Positions 26,302-34,920 of a stretch of 55,045 bases of DNA are shown in pieces. This stretch comes from a virus. Its lineage: Duplodnaviria; Caudoviricetes. Position 1 is the stretch's first letter, and every line of letters begins with the position of its first letter. The notes beneath the pieces are model-generated. The model did no database searches. It worked only from the letters and a program-made list of their open reading frames with translations, and was not told where the DNA came from. The position numbers and the translations under genes were made by a program. The stretch covers positions 1 through 55,045 of the IMG/VR virus record IMGVR_UViG_3300006790_001053; one strand, given 5' to 3'.

Positions 26302-28236
26302 TTATCTAACAAGATAAATAGCTATATCACTGTTAATATCTTTAATTTTTATCCATCTTGAAGGTATCTGTTGGTTTTTCAAGACTCTTATCTGACCTAA
26401 TAAACCAACAACATTCCATTCTTTCCTTTCTTTTCTAGTTTGATAGGGGATTGAAGGGTCAAACTCTGTATTTAAAACCCTTCTCTTACCCTGTTTAGTA
26501 ACGAATACTTCTTCTCCGTTTGGTCCTACATAAACATCAACATCGTATTCGTAATCTTCATATACATAATTACCCCAAACATCTTTTATATATTTTCCAA
26601 CCCATTCATCTGAGGTACCATCCTCACAATTTCCAACAATTGTGGGTTTTGATGAAATAACACCGATAGCGTTATTTGGGTCGATACATTCTTTTACTTT
26701 ACCATTATCTAATTCAACTACTGTCCCAAAAGGGATAGAAGAACCATCTACTGATTCAAAATATTCAGCGTAGTCGGCCCCAGAATTGTAAGTAGCTCCA
26801 GCACCATATATCTCACCGGCTGAATCTACTCTAAAAGCGTTAGCTCTAGCTGCTGCGGAAGTACCTCTACCTACAACTAGGTATTGGTTTGTATTACCAG
26901 TTGTATTATATCTACCCATCACGGTTTGATAATCTTCATAAGCTATGGTTCCTAGACCACTTGCGTGTGAAGCTATACCAACAGTAGTACTTATACCCGC
27001 TCTAGTACCACTCCCTTCTGAATGTGAATAATTACCATAAGTTACGGTAGAAAGACCTTCTGCGTGAGAACCTAAACCATTAGTTTCGGTACCGTCTCCT
27101 TCTGTGTGAGAATAATTTGAATTGGTTAGGGTATCCACACCTTCAGCGTGAGAAGCTTGACCAGCTGATACAGTACCATCTCCTTCTGCGTGAGAAGATT
27201 CACCACTAGCTAAAGTAGTTATACCCTCTGAATGTGAGTAGTTAGTAGTAGCACTTGTAGCTATACCTTCCGCGTGACAATAACTAGCTGTAGCAAAAGT
27301 TAATGTACCTTCACTATGTGCTCCTTGTCCACTAGCCGTAGTGGTAGTACCTTCAGCGTGTGAACTAACACCACTAGCTAAAGTACCACTTCCCTCTGAG
27401 TGTGCGTAATCACCAGATGCTACAGTTAAAAGACCTTCACTGTGTGATGCTTCACCAGCCGCAATAGAACCATTACCTTCTGCGTGTGAAGTCCCACCAC
27501 TAGCCACAGTACTATCACCCTCTGCGTGAGAATATGCATTAAAGGCAACTGTATTAATACCCTCAGCGTGTGCTCCTTCAGCACTAGCCACAGTATTAAT
27601 ACCCTCAGAATGTGAATAACGACCACTCGCGGTTGTGTTACCACCTTCAGAGTGTGATACAATACCACTAGCTGTTGTACTAAGACCTTCAGCGTGAGAA
27701 GCTTGACCAGCTGATACAGTTCCAGAACCTTCAGCGTGAGAAGATTCACCACTAGCTAAAGTAGTTATACCCTCTGCGTGAGATTGTGTTCCATAAGCTT
27801 TAGTATTTCTACCGTGAGCTAAGGAAGAGGCTCCACCAGCAATTGTTGTTCTACCCATAGAAGTAGAAGTCACACCAGAAGCTACAGTATTAATCCCCAT
27901 AGACGTAGAAGCGTAACCACTTGCTAAATTACTATCACCCCAAGCTACCGCATATTGACCAGTAGCATCAACAGTTGTGATATTACTAGATATTATATTT
28001 TCTAAATTAGTTGAACCAGAAGTCCAAAAGATACCTGGTGTGACAGCTGGTACTGATGCCCAACCCACATTACCATCTTTATCTGTAGCCGTTAAAACGT
28101 GTCCTATAGTAACATTATTGTTATATGCTAAATTACCTGTAATGATGGTGTCACCAGAAAGTGTCATAGTGTCACCACTCATTTGTTTCATATCCCTATC
28201 TTGAAATCTAGGTCTTGTATTAAAAATTGCTGCCAT
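26302..28236 (-). CDS. Tail spike/appendage with YadA-head-like SHAEG repeats and C-terminal peptidase G2-type intramolecular chaperone
   Basis: More than 20 14-aa repeats (xSHAEGxxTxASG); ADYAEYFES...GVISSKPTIVGN...EWNVVGLLGQIRV. Start moved to ATG 28236 (MAAIFN). Confidence 0.82.
   Translation of the reverse strand: MAAIFNTRPRFQDRDMKQMSGDTMTLSGDTIITGNLAYNNNVTIGHVLTATDKDGNVGWASVPAVTPGIFWTSGSTNLENIISSNITTVDATGQYAVAWGDSNLASGYASTSMGINTVASGVTSTSMGRTTIAGGASSLAHGRNTKAYGTQSHAEGITTLASGESSHAEGSGTVSAGQASHAEGLSTTASGIVSHSEGGNTTASGRYSHSEGINTVASAEGAHAEGINTVAFNAYSHAEGDSTVASGGTSHAEGNGSIAAGEASHSEGLLTVASGDYAHSEGSGTLASGVSSHAEGTTTTASGQGAHSEGTLTFATASYCHAEGIATSATTNYSHSEGITTLASGESSHAEGDGTVSAGQASHAEGVDTLTNSNYSHTEGDGTETNGLGSHAEGLSTVTYGNYSHSEGSGTRAGISTTVGIASHASGLGTIAYEDYQTVMGRYNTTGNTNQYLVVGRGTSAAARANAFRVDSAGEIYGAGATYNSGADYAEYFESVDGSSIPFGTVVELDNGKVKECIDPNNAIGVISSKPTIVGNCEDGTSDEWVGKYIKDVWGNYVYEDYEYDVDVYVGPNGEEVFVTKQGKRRVLNTEFDPSIPYQTRKERKEWNVVGLLGQIRVLKNQQIPSRWIKIKDINSDIAIYLVR
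27139..27776. repeat. 92-bp near-identical direct repeat (27139-27230 and 27685-27776) within the 42-bp-period SHAEG array
   Basis: Copies are 546 bp (13 x 42) apart with 5 clustered mismatches by manual comparison. Confidence 0.8.
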
Positions 28237-28238
28237 AA

Positions 28239-29387
28239 TTAAATTACATTCCAATGATGACCCAAAGGCCTAAATTGTAATGACTTGTTTAAGTTTTCTG
28301 CTTCTAATGCTTTTCTTTCCAACATTTTGTCTGGTCTTAGTCTTTCCAATCTATCTTTTAATCTCTCCCAAAGTTTTTCTTTATCTTCTTTAGATTCATT
28401 TAAAAGTGAGTCATAATCCATAGTAACATCTGCATCTGTTACACCTAAAGAACCACCAAACTTACCTCTAACCCTACCTAGGGTTTCTTTACACATAGCT
28501 GTGAAATAATCTCTAACCCATTGTTTAGAAGGTGTATTTAACTCGTCAAAGTCTACCACATTGACTGGTACATCTGAGGGTAGTTTTACAATATCTTTAT
28601 TATCATTAAGACATCTTTTTCTATCTTCATCATCTTTTGTTTCATAGTAATGATACCAAACCTTACTACCAGTAACATCGATACCATTCCTACCTCCGTT
28701 TATACTACCGAATATTATTCTAGAACCTGGAGGTGGTATTAAATGTAGTAATTTAGTTCCATTTGGTCCCGCGGTTATTTTATAAATTAAATCACCAGAT
28801 ATAATTCTTTGTTTTAAACTGTAATCAGCATCTCTACTAAGTATATCATAAGAAGAACCTAAAAAGAAACCACCATAACCTAATCCACCAGCTCCACCAG
28901 CAAAAGGTAATTGACCAAATCCTCCACCGAATCCAGCATCACCAAACCCATAAGAGGCGTAAAGTGCGTGGTCTATCGTTGGTGGGGTTATCCATAGTAC
29001 TTCGTTAATCTCACGACCAGCAGGTATTTCATAAACTTGTTGTCCCGCTTTTACAGTTACATAATCTTTTTTAAGTTCCCAAGGACCTCTAGCTTGTAAA
29101 CCAACGATTTTAGAATAAGCGTAAGTAAAAGAATCTTCATAAGCCATTTCTTTCACTGTTAAAGCTTTAGTCAAATCTGTTGTGGTTAAATCTTTTCCAT
29201 ATAAAGAAGTCCATTGTGACTCTATTAACCACTCATTGATGTAAGAAGAATGGTCTTCGATGGAAATCTCTAGTAAAGTCTCCAACATTTCATCCTCTAA
29301 CTCAACTTTTCTTATTGGTGCTCCTAATCGATGTTTTACTTGTCTAAATAATTTTTCTCTCTCAGAATCAGATATAATTAAACTCAT
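28239..29387 (-). CDS. Neck protein, T4 gp13-like
   Basis: KHRLGAPIRKVELEDEML and WVRDYFTAMCKETLGRVRGKF match gp13-family hallmarks. Confidence 0.8.
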   Translation of the reverse strand: MSLIISDSEREKLFRQVKHRLGAPIRKVELEDEMLETLLEISIEDHSSYINEWLIESQWTSLYGKDLTTTDLTKALTVKEMAYEDSFTYAYSKIVGLQARGPWELKKDYVTVKAGQQVYEIPAGREINEVLWITPPTIDHALYASYGFGDAGFGGGFGQLPFAGGAGGLGYGGFFLGSSYDILSRDADYSLKQRIISGDLIYKITAGPNGTKLLHLIPPPGSRIIFGSINGGRNGIDVTGSKVWYHYYETKDDEDRKRCLNDNKDIVKLPSDVPVNVVDFDELNTPSKQWVRDYFTAMCKETLGRVRGKFGGSLGVTDADVTMDYDSLLNESKEDKEKLWERLKDRLERLRPDKMLERKALEAENLNKSLQFRPLGHHWNVI

Positions 29388-29400
29388 TATTACTTTTTTT

Positions 29401-29410
29401 TATAAATATG
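29401..29410 (-). promoter_or_regulatory. Putative late promoter CATATTTATA
   Basis: 13 nt upstream of ATG 29387. Confidence 0.6.
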
Positions 29411-29443
29411 CACAACATTTATTAATCTTTCGAATTAAGCCTC

Positions 29444-29472
29444 TTTACTAATAATCTTATTTTACTTATTTT
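29444..29472 (+). promoter_or_regulatory. Putative early/middle promoter TTTACT-N17-TATTTT
   Basis: Upstream of the DNA polymerase gene; same spacing as the 5812 and 34874 sites. Confidence 0.4.
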
Positions 29473-29521
29473 TATAAAAAACGAGTGGTTAAGATTAAAC
29501 CCGTCCAAAAAATCAAAACAT

Positions 29522-32395
29522 ATGGAAGAAAAAGAAATAAAACAGGCAACACCCGAAGACATTAAAAAATTTCTTGAGGGACATGATGATGAGAAATACA
29601 TCGTATCTATAGAACTAGACCAAACAGGTGATTGGTCGGTAGATGAAACAAACAAAGTATATATCGTAATAGATGACCCTAAAAAGGGTAAAAAAATAAA
29701 ATCACAAAAATTCACACCTTTTTGTTGGACCAAATCTTTAAGAGGTAGTGGTTTCTATGAAGATGACCTAGATAAAATTAGAGAAAACGCTAAAAAATTC
29801 GGTATCTATACTGAAAAACTAAAAACTGGTGATAATGAAAGGTTAGAAGATGGTTATAAGTATGTTGTAAAAACAACTGGTACTTATAGAAACTTAGTAG
29901 ATTTTTTTAGGAGAGGTGGAATCAACCCTTGGGATAGGGATAGAAGATTGGTACAAATATTACCACCAGTTGAACAATTTATGATACAAACTGGGAAAAG
30001 ACTTTTTAAAGGTTATGAAGATTATACTGAAGTACATAAATTAACTTTCGATATTGAGACCACTAGTTTGACACCAGAAACAGGTCATTGTTTTATGATT
30101 GGTATCAAGGATAATCGTGGTTTTAAAGAATTGATTACTGCTTATGATTCCAATGGTGATTATAACGAAGAGTATGAAAAAATGATGTATGAGAAATTTT
30201 TCGATATCATACACGAACTAGAACCTACTGTTATCATTGGGTATAACTCTGAGAACTTTGACTGGAACTATATTTTCCGTAGAATGGAGTTATTAGGTAT
30301 TTCAAAAACTAGTATTAAGAAATCTAAAAAGACTGGTAGGGTAACCTCCATCAACATAGAGAATGAAATAATTAAAACCAAACACCCCCTCATCGGTTGT
30401 TTTAGAAAACCTTCTACTTTGAAATTAGGTGCGGAAACAGAGGATTATGACCAAACTACAATGTGGGGTTATAATGTTATGGATACCTATCACAGAGTTA
30501 GACAAGCGATGGCATTGAATTCGAGTCTTCAAAGTGGTAGTTTGAAGTATATAGCTAAGGAAGCTGGTATTGAGAGAAACAATCGTGTTTACATTGATGG
30601 GGGTCAGTTAGGTAAGATTTGGAAAGAAAATAAAGAATTTTATTACAACCCAACATCAGGACAATGGTATTCATTAGATGGTGTTAAACCAGAACCTAAA
30701 CAAGTTAATGAAGAAATAATAGAAGGTTATGAAGATAAATGGGAAGTGGTAGATGGTAGATTCTTATTAAAAGAATATCTTAACGATGACCTTTTAGAAA
30801 CTGAACAAGTAGATGATATCTATGCACAAGCTGGATTCTTAACCGCAGCTTTAGTACCAACCAATTTTACACGTTCCATTACAATGGGTACGGCTACAAT
30901 GTGGAAAACTCTTATGATGTCTTGGTCTTATGAAAATGAATTAGCATTACCAGATATACAAGAAAAAAGAGACTTTGTGGGTGGTTTATCTAGATTATTG
31001 AAACTAGGGTTTAGTGAGAATATAGCTAAGTTTGACTACGCCTCACTCTATCCATCAATTCAATTAACACATGAGGTATTTCCCGAAGTTGATGTGTCTG
31101 GTGCCTTGAGAGCTATGTTACGTTATCTTTTAGATACTAGAAATGAATATAAGTACTTAGCGGGTAAATATTATAAAGAAGGTAATGATAAGTTAGGTAG
31201 TAAGTTTGATAAAAAACAATTACCGATTAAAATCTTTAACAACTCCGCTTTCGGTTCTATCTCAGCTCCTTATATCTTTCCTTGGGGTGATATTAACATT
31301 GGTGAGACGATTACTTGTACTGGTAGACAATACCTAAGACATATGATACAATTCTTTATTGACAGAGGTTATGACCCATTAGTTTTAGATACTGATGGTG
31401 TTAATTTCTCTTATGGTGGTAATGTTAGAAAACATACTTACATTGGAAAGGGATTACATAGATTTGTTAAAGAGGGTGAAAATTATGAAGGTATTGAGGC
31501 TGACGTAGCAGAATATAATGATAGGTTTATGCATGGAGAAATGGGGTTAGATATTGATGAAATTTGGCCAGCTACAATAAATCTATCTCGTAAAAACTAC
31601 GCCACACTGAAACCCAACGGTAAAATAAAACTAACTGGTAACACAATAAAAGGTAAAACAATACAGAAATACATCAAGAACTTCTTGAATAAGGGTATTA
31701 AAATGTTATTACAAGGAAAGGGTAAAGAATTTGTGGATTATTATAATGAGTATTTAGAAAGAATTTATAATATGGATATACCTTTAGCTGAAATAGCTAA
31801 TAAGTCTAAGGTAAAAAAGACTATTAAACAATATAAGAATAGAGGTCTTAATAAAAACAAACAACCTTTACCTAGACAAGCTCATATGGAGTTATTAATA
31901 AAAGAGGGAATTCGACCACAATTAGGTGACGAAGTTTATTATGTTAATAATGGTACTAGAAAATCACACGGTGATATACAAGTAAGAAAAAGAAAAACAG
32001 ACCCAGAAGAGGGGGTTTTAATATTCAATTCTTATTTGATTAGTAGTGAACAGATGGAAAAAAACCCAAACCTAAAAGGTGAATATAATGTACCTAAATA
32101 CGTAGAATCTTTTAATAAAAAAGTAGAGCCTTTATTGGTTGTTTTTAGAACACACATTAGGGAGTCATTATTGATAACTGACCCATCTGAAAAACAATTC
32201 TTCACAAGGAGTGAATTAGAATTGGTTAATGGTATTGCTAGTAAACCAGGTGACCAAGATGACTTAACAGAATTAATGACGATGTCTGATGAGGAAAAGG
32301 TGTTTTGGACAAAGAATAATACATCACCCAACTTCATGATTAATGATAGGTTAGGTGATGAAATAGATTCTGAAGAAGAAAAAGAGTATTTTTAG
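29522..32395 (+). CDS. polB: Family B DNA polymerase with 3'-5' exonuclease
   Basis: ExoI FDIETT, ExoII YNSENFD, motif A DYASLYPSI, motif B KIFNNSAFG, motif C LDTDG. Confidence 0.95.
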   Translation: MEEKEIKQATPEDIKKFLEGHDDEKYIVSIELDQTGDWSVDETNKVYIVIDDPKKGKKIKSQKFTPFCWTKSLRGSGFYEDDLDKIRENAKKFGIYTEKLKTGDNERLEDGYKYVVKTTGTYRNLVDFFRRGGINPWDRDRRLVQILPPVEQFMIQTGKRLFKGYEDYTEVHKLTFDIETTSLTPETGHCFMIGIKDNRGFKELITAYDSNGDYNEEYEKMMYEKFFDIIHELEPTVIIGYNSENFDWNYIFRRMELLGISKTSIKKSKKTGRVTSINIENEIIKTKHPLIGCFRKPSTLKLGAETEDYDQTTMWGYNVMDTYHRVRQAMALNSSLQSGSLKYIAKEAGIERNNRVYIDGGQLGKIWKENKEFYYNPTSGQWYSLDGVKPEPKQVNEEIIEGYEDKWEVVDGRFLLKEYLNDDLLETEQVDDIYAQAGFLTAALVPTNFTRSITMGTATMWKTLMMSWSYENELALPDIQEKRDFVGGLSRLLKLGFSENIAKFDYASLYPSIQLTHEVFPEVDVSGALRAMLRYLLDTRNEYKYLAGKYYKEGNDKLGSKFDKKQLPIKIFNNSAFGSISAPYIFPWGDINIGETITCTGRQYLRHMIQFFIDRGYDPLVLDTDGVNFSYGGNVRKHTYIGKGLHRFVKEGENYEGIEADVAEYNDRFMHGEMGLDIDEIWPATINLSRKNYATLKPNGKIKLTGNTIKGKTIQKYIKNFLNKGIKMLLQGKGKEFVDYYNEYLERIYNMDIPLAEIANKSKVKKTIKQYKNRGLNKNKQPLPRQAHMELLIKEGIRPQLGDEVYYVNNGTRKSHGDIQVRKRKTDPEEGVLIFNSYLISSEQMEKNPNLKGEYNVPKYVESFNKKVEPLLVVFRTHIRESLLITDPSEKQFFTRSELELVNGIASKPGDQDDLTELMTMSDEEKVFWTKNNTSPNFMINDRLGDEIDSEEEKEYF

Positions 32396-32425
32396 TTAAA
32401 AAACTTAATTTATTAATAAATAAAA

Positions 32426-32435
32426 GATATTTATA
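32426..32435 (+). promoter_or_regulatory. Putative late promoter GATATTTATA
   Basis: 12 nt upstream of ATG 32448. Confidence 0.6.
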
Positions 32436-32447
32436 GATAAAAATACT

Positions 32448-33038
32448 ATGAATATTATTTTATTATCTGAATTAGTGAACAAAAATGGCTCTAAGTTAGG
32501 TGGTGATTATAAAATAGACCAAATAGATTCTATGACCACATCACCAGCTGAACCACCTCCCACTACAGATGATTTTATGAGAGCTACTAAACAAGGTAAA
32601 AGTTTATACATGTTTAGGTCTTTTTATACTGAAGATGGAGAAGAAAATAAGGATGTTAAATTATCTAAAAAAGATAAACAAAAAAAGAATCCTAAAAAAG
32701 CTAAAGTAACTAAAAAGAAGAAAAAGGCTAAAATCAAAGAAAGTGATGAAGTTAAATTAAATTCACTTATAGAAGATGTTTTCACAAAAAAAGATTTTGA
32801 CAAAGAGTTTGTTCAGAAAAAAGATATGGGTTTAGAAAGGGGTGAAATACCTAGTTTAGAATTCATAAGAGAAACAAACCCAATACTAATCAGAAAGGTT
32901 AGTGCATTAAAAGAGATTATAGAAAAAAATATATCCTCTGGTGAAGAGATAGCTGTAGTTTTAAATCATTTATTAGGATTAGATTTAAGTGATGTCCCAA
33001 ATGAATATAAAAAAATATTAAGAGATAAATTAAACTAA
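32448..33038 (+). CDS. Hypothetical protein with Lys-rich central tract
   Basis: 196-aa ORF preceded by the late motif and coupled to the next gene. Confidence 0.75.
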   Translation: MNIILLSELVNKNGSKLGGDYKIDQIDSMTTSPAEPPPTTDDFMRATKQGKSLYMFRSFYTEDGEENKDVKLSKKDKQKKNPKKAKVTKKKKKAKIKESDEVKLNSLIEDVFTKKDFDKEFVQKKDMGLERGEIPSLEFIRETNPILIRKVSALKEIIEKNISSGEEIAVVLNHLLGLDLSDVPNEYKKILRDKLN

Positions 33039-33544
33039 TGGCTAACAGTTCATTAAAAGGTAAATGTATAAAGATTGATAGTGAGTTGAAAGAACACCTA
33101 TTAAAAATATACAACGCTTATAGAGGAGACCAAAAAGTAGAAGGTTATAGTAGATTGAAAGGTCTATGTGATTCTGACGAAATAAGTTATGAACAACTTA
33201 AAAGAATTAAAAACTTTTTCGATAACTTTGAAGGTAGAAGAAATGATACCCCTTATCTTTTAAATGGTGGAACCAAAATGAAAGATTGGGTTAATATTAG
33301 TTTGAATGACCTAAGAATGGACATAGAAGGAAAGAAGAAAGCTATGAGTTCTGTCGGTATGCCAAACCAATATATAAAAACCCACAATAAAGACGGTATT
33401 AAAATGGATTCACACGATTCAGATGTAAATAAAATTTTAAGACAAGAAGGTATTTATAATATAGGAATCGTAGATTCTTTAATAAACGAAATGTATAAAA
33501 ACAAAAAATCATGGCACAAGGACAAAAAATATCACCAATCCTAA
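33038..33544 (+). CDS. Hypothetical phage protein (possible head-associated domain)
   Basis: ISYEQLKRIKNFFD...LLNGGTKMKDWV; TAATG coupling to the upstream gene. Confidence 0.7.
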   Translation: MANSSLKGKCIKIDSELKEHLLKIYNAYRGDQKVEGYSRLKGLCDSDEISYEQLKRIKNFFDNFEGRRNDTPYLLNGGTKMKDWVNISLNDLRMDIEGKKKAMSSVGMPNQYIKTHNKDGIKMDSHDSDVNKILRQEGIYNIGIVDSLINEMYKNKKSWHKDKKYHQS

Positions 33545-33861
33545 CAGATAACTCTTCAGTAGAAGATTTCGGACCAGGTGGGTTATTGAATCAATTACCC
33601 TCACTTAAAGAAACTGCTGAAACTATAAGGAAAGACAATATTAAATTTAATGAGTATAAAGATGTTGATACTCAGAGATATGAAAGTACTCATCCAAACG
33701 CTATTAGTGATGGTGACGAATATGGTAGAGGTGATGCTGGAAAAGGTGTTGGTACTAGAACCGATAAAGAAAAAGTAAAAACATTACTTTATTCTTCTGG
33801 TAACAAGTACAAACCAGGTAATGGTTACAACAATATTGATTACAATCAAGAATATTGGTAA
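33511..33861 (+). CDS. Hypothetical protein
   Basis: 116-aa ORF in a tightly packed run. Confidence 0.7.
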   Translation: MAQGQKISPILTDNSSVEDFGPGGLLNQLPSLKETAETIRKDNIKFNEYKDVDTQRYESTHPNAISDGDEYGRGDAGKGVGTRTDKEKVKTLLYSSGNKYKPGNGYNNIDYNQEYW

Positions 33862-33862
33862 A

Positions 33863-34228
33863 ATGAAACTTTACTCTCTATTTAAAAATCTTATATTAGA
33901 GGTTGCTAATAAGGCTGAAATAGAAGATGCAATGAATAGACGTAGAATTGTTTCTTTACGTTATGATGACGAAGAAGATCCTGGAGGAAAAGGACAAAGA
34001 TGGGTAGAAATTTATTGTTACGGTTCTTCTTTAGCTGAGAATGACATTATAAGAGTTTATCAATTAGGTGGTGATACAAAAACAATTCAACCTGGTTGGA
34101 AAACTTTCAGAACTGATAGGATTAATGGTTTTAATATATTAGGGGGTAGTTTTAACGAACCTAGAGAACTTTTTAATCCAGAAGGGGATAAAAGTATGAG
34201 TAGAGTTTATAAAATAACACAATTTTAA
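33863..34228 (+). CDS. Stand-alone WYL-domain-like protein
   Basis: VSLRY...RWVEIYCYG...GWKTFRTDRI matches the WYL R-x-F-R-x-D-R-I end motif. Start at ATG 33863. Confidence 0.7.
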   Translation: MKLYSLFKNLILEVANKAEIEDAMNRRRIVSLRYDDEEDPGGKGQRWVEIYCYGSSLAENDIIRVYQLGGDTKTIQPGWKTFRTDRINGFNILGGSFNEPRELFNPEGDKSMSRVYKITQF

Positions 34229-34230
34229 TT

Positions 34231-34788
34231 ATGAATCCAAAGTTAACCGAGATATTAAAGAAAGCTAAGGCTGTAGAACAAAGAGCTAATCAAATGGGTA
34301 CAAAAATACCTAGTGGTGGTCAAACAATGACACCAACACTAACTGAGTCAATGGGAACACAACCAACCACTATGCCACAAATGGAATTACCAACTAGTAA
34401 ACCACAACCAACGATTGATGTTAATAGTGAGGTTTACAAACAAAGAGTAAAAGAATCTAATTTACCACCAGAAATACGTAAGGCCATGTTAGATAACCCA
34501 ATACAACAAGCAGATTCACCTGGTACTTTTTCTATGAGTGAGGAAATGATAAGAGAAGTTAACCCTAACTATGGTAAACAAGTAGTTAACGAATCTACAA
34601 TCACCCCACCCTCACCAAGTAACTCTTCTGTTGATGAAAGTATGATGAGGAAAATGATAGCTGAAGAAATAGCTAAAGCTTTACCAACTATCGTAGAAAA
34701 GTATTTCGATAAAAAAATGATTCAAGAAAATATAGAAGTTTTAAAATCCTTAAAGGTTAAAAGAAAAACAACTAATAATAGAAAATAA
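34231..34788 (+). CDS. Hypothetical protein
   Basis: 185 aa with Pro/Thr/Met-rich linkers and SNLPPEIRKAMLDNPI. Confidence 0.75.
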   Translation: MNPKLTEILKKAKAVEQRANQMGTKIPSGGQTMTPTLTESMGTQPTTMPQMELPTSKPQPTIDVNSEVYKQRVKESNLPPEIRKAMLDNPIQQADSPGTFSMSEEMIREVNPNYGKQVVNESTITPPSPSNSSVDESMMRKMIAEEIAKALPTIVEKYFDKKMIQENIEVLKSLKVKRKTTNNRK

Positions 34789-34799
34789 AACCAATAAAA

Positions 34800-34853
34800 A
34801 TGAGAACAAAAGGATGTGGCTGTAAAGGCAGTAAGGGTAAAACCAAGAAATAA
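34800..34853 (+). CDS. Putative 17-aa basic micropeptide MRTKGCGCKGSKGKTKK
   Basis: ATG after an A-rich leader 11 nt past the previous stop; G-richer than its flanks; ends in TAA. Confidence 0.45.
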   Translation: MRTKGCGCKGSKGKTKK

Positions 34854-34873
34854 AAAGTTTAAAAGTTTTTTTA

Positions 34874-34902
34874 TTTACTAAAACCTTATATTCTATTATA
34901 TT
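34874..34902 (+). promoter_or_regulatory. Putative early/middle promoter TTTACT-N17-TATATT
   Basis: 18 nt upstream of ATG 34921; heads a 10-kb tightly coupled run of genes. Confidence 0.5.
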
Positions 34903-34920
34903 TTTTAAAAAATAATAGAT

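Noticed and set aside
27139-27776. Near-identical repeat pair as a possible DGR template/variable region
   Set aside because: Mismatches are not confined to adenines of one copy, both copies are in-frame units of the same array, and no reverse transcriptase is in the window.
29522-32395. Intein or intron in the DNA polymerase
   Set aside because: Continuous 957-aa frame with normally ordered motifs; no intein splice-junction or LAGLIDADG signature seen.
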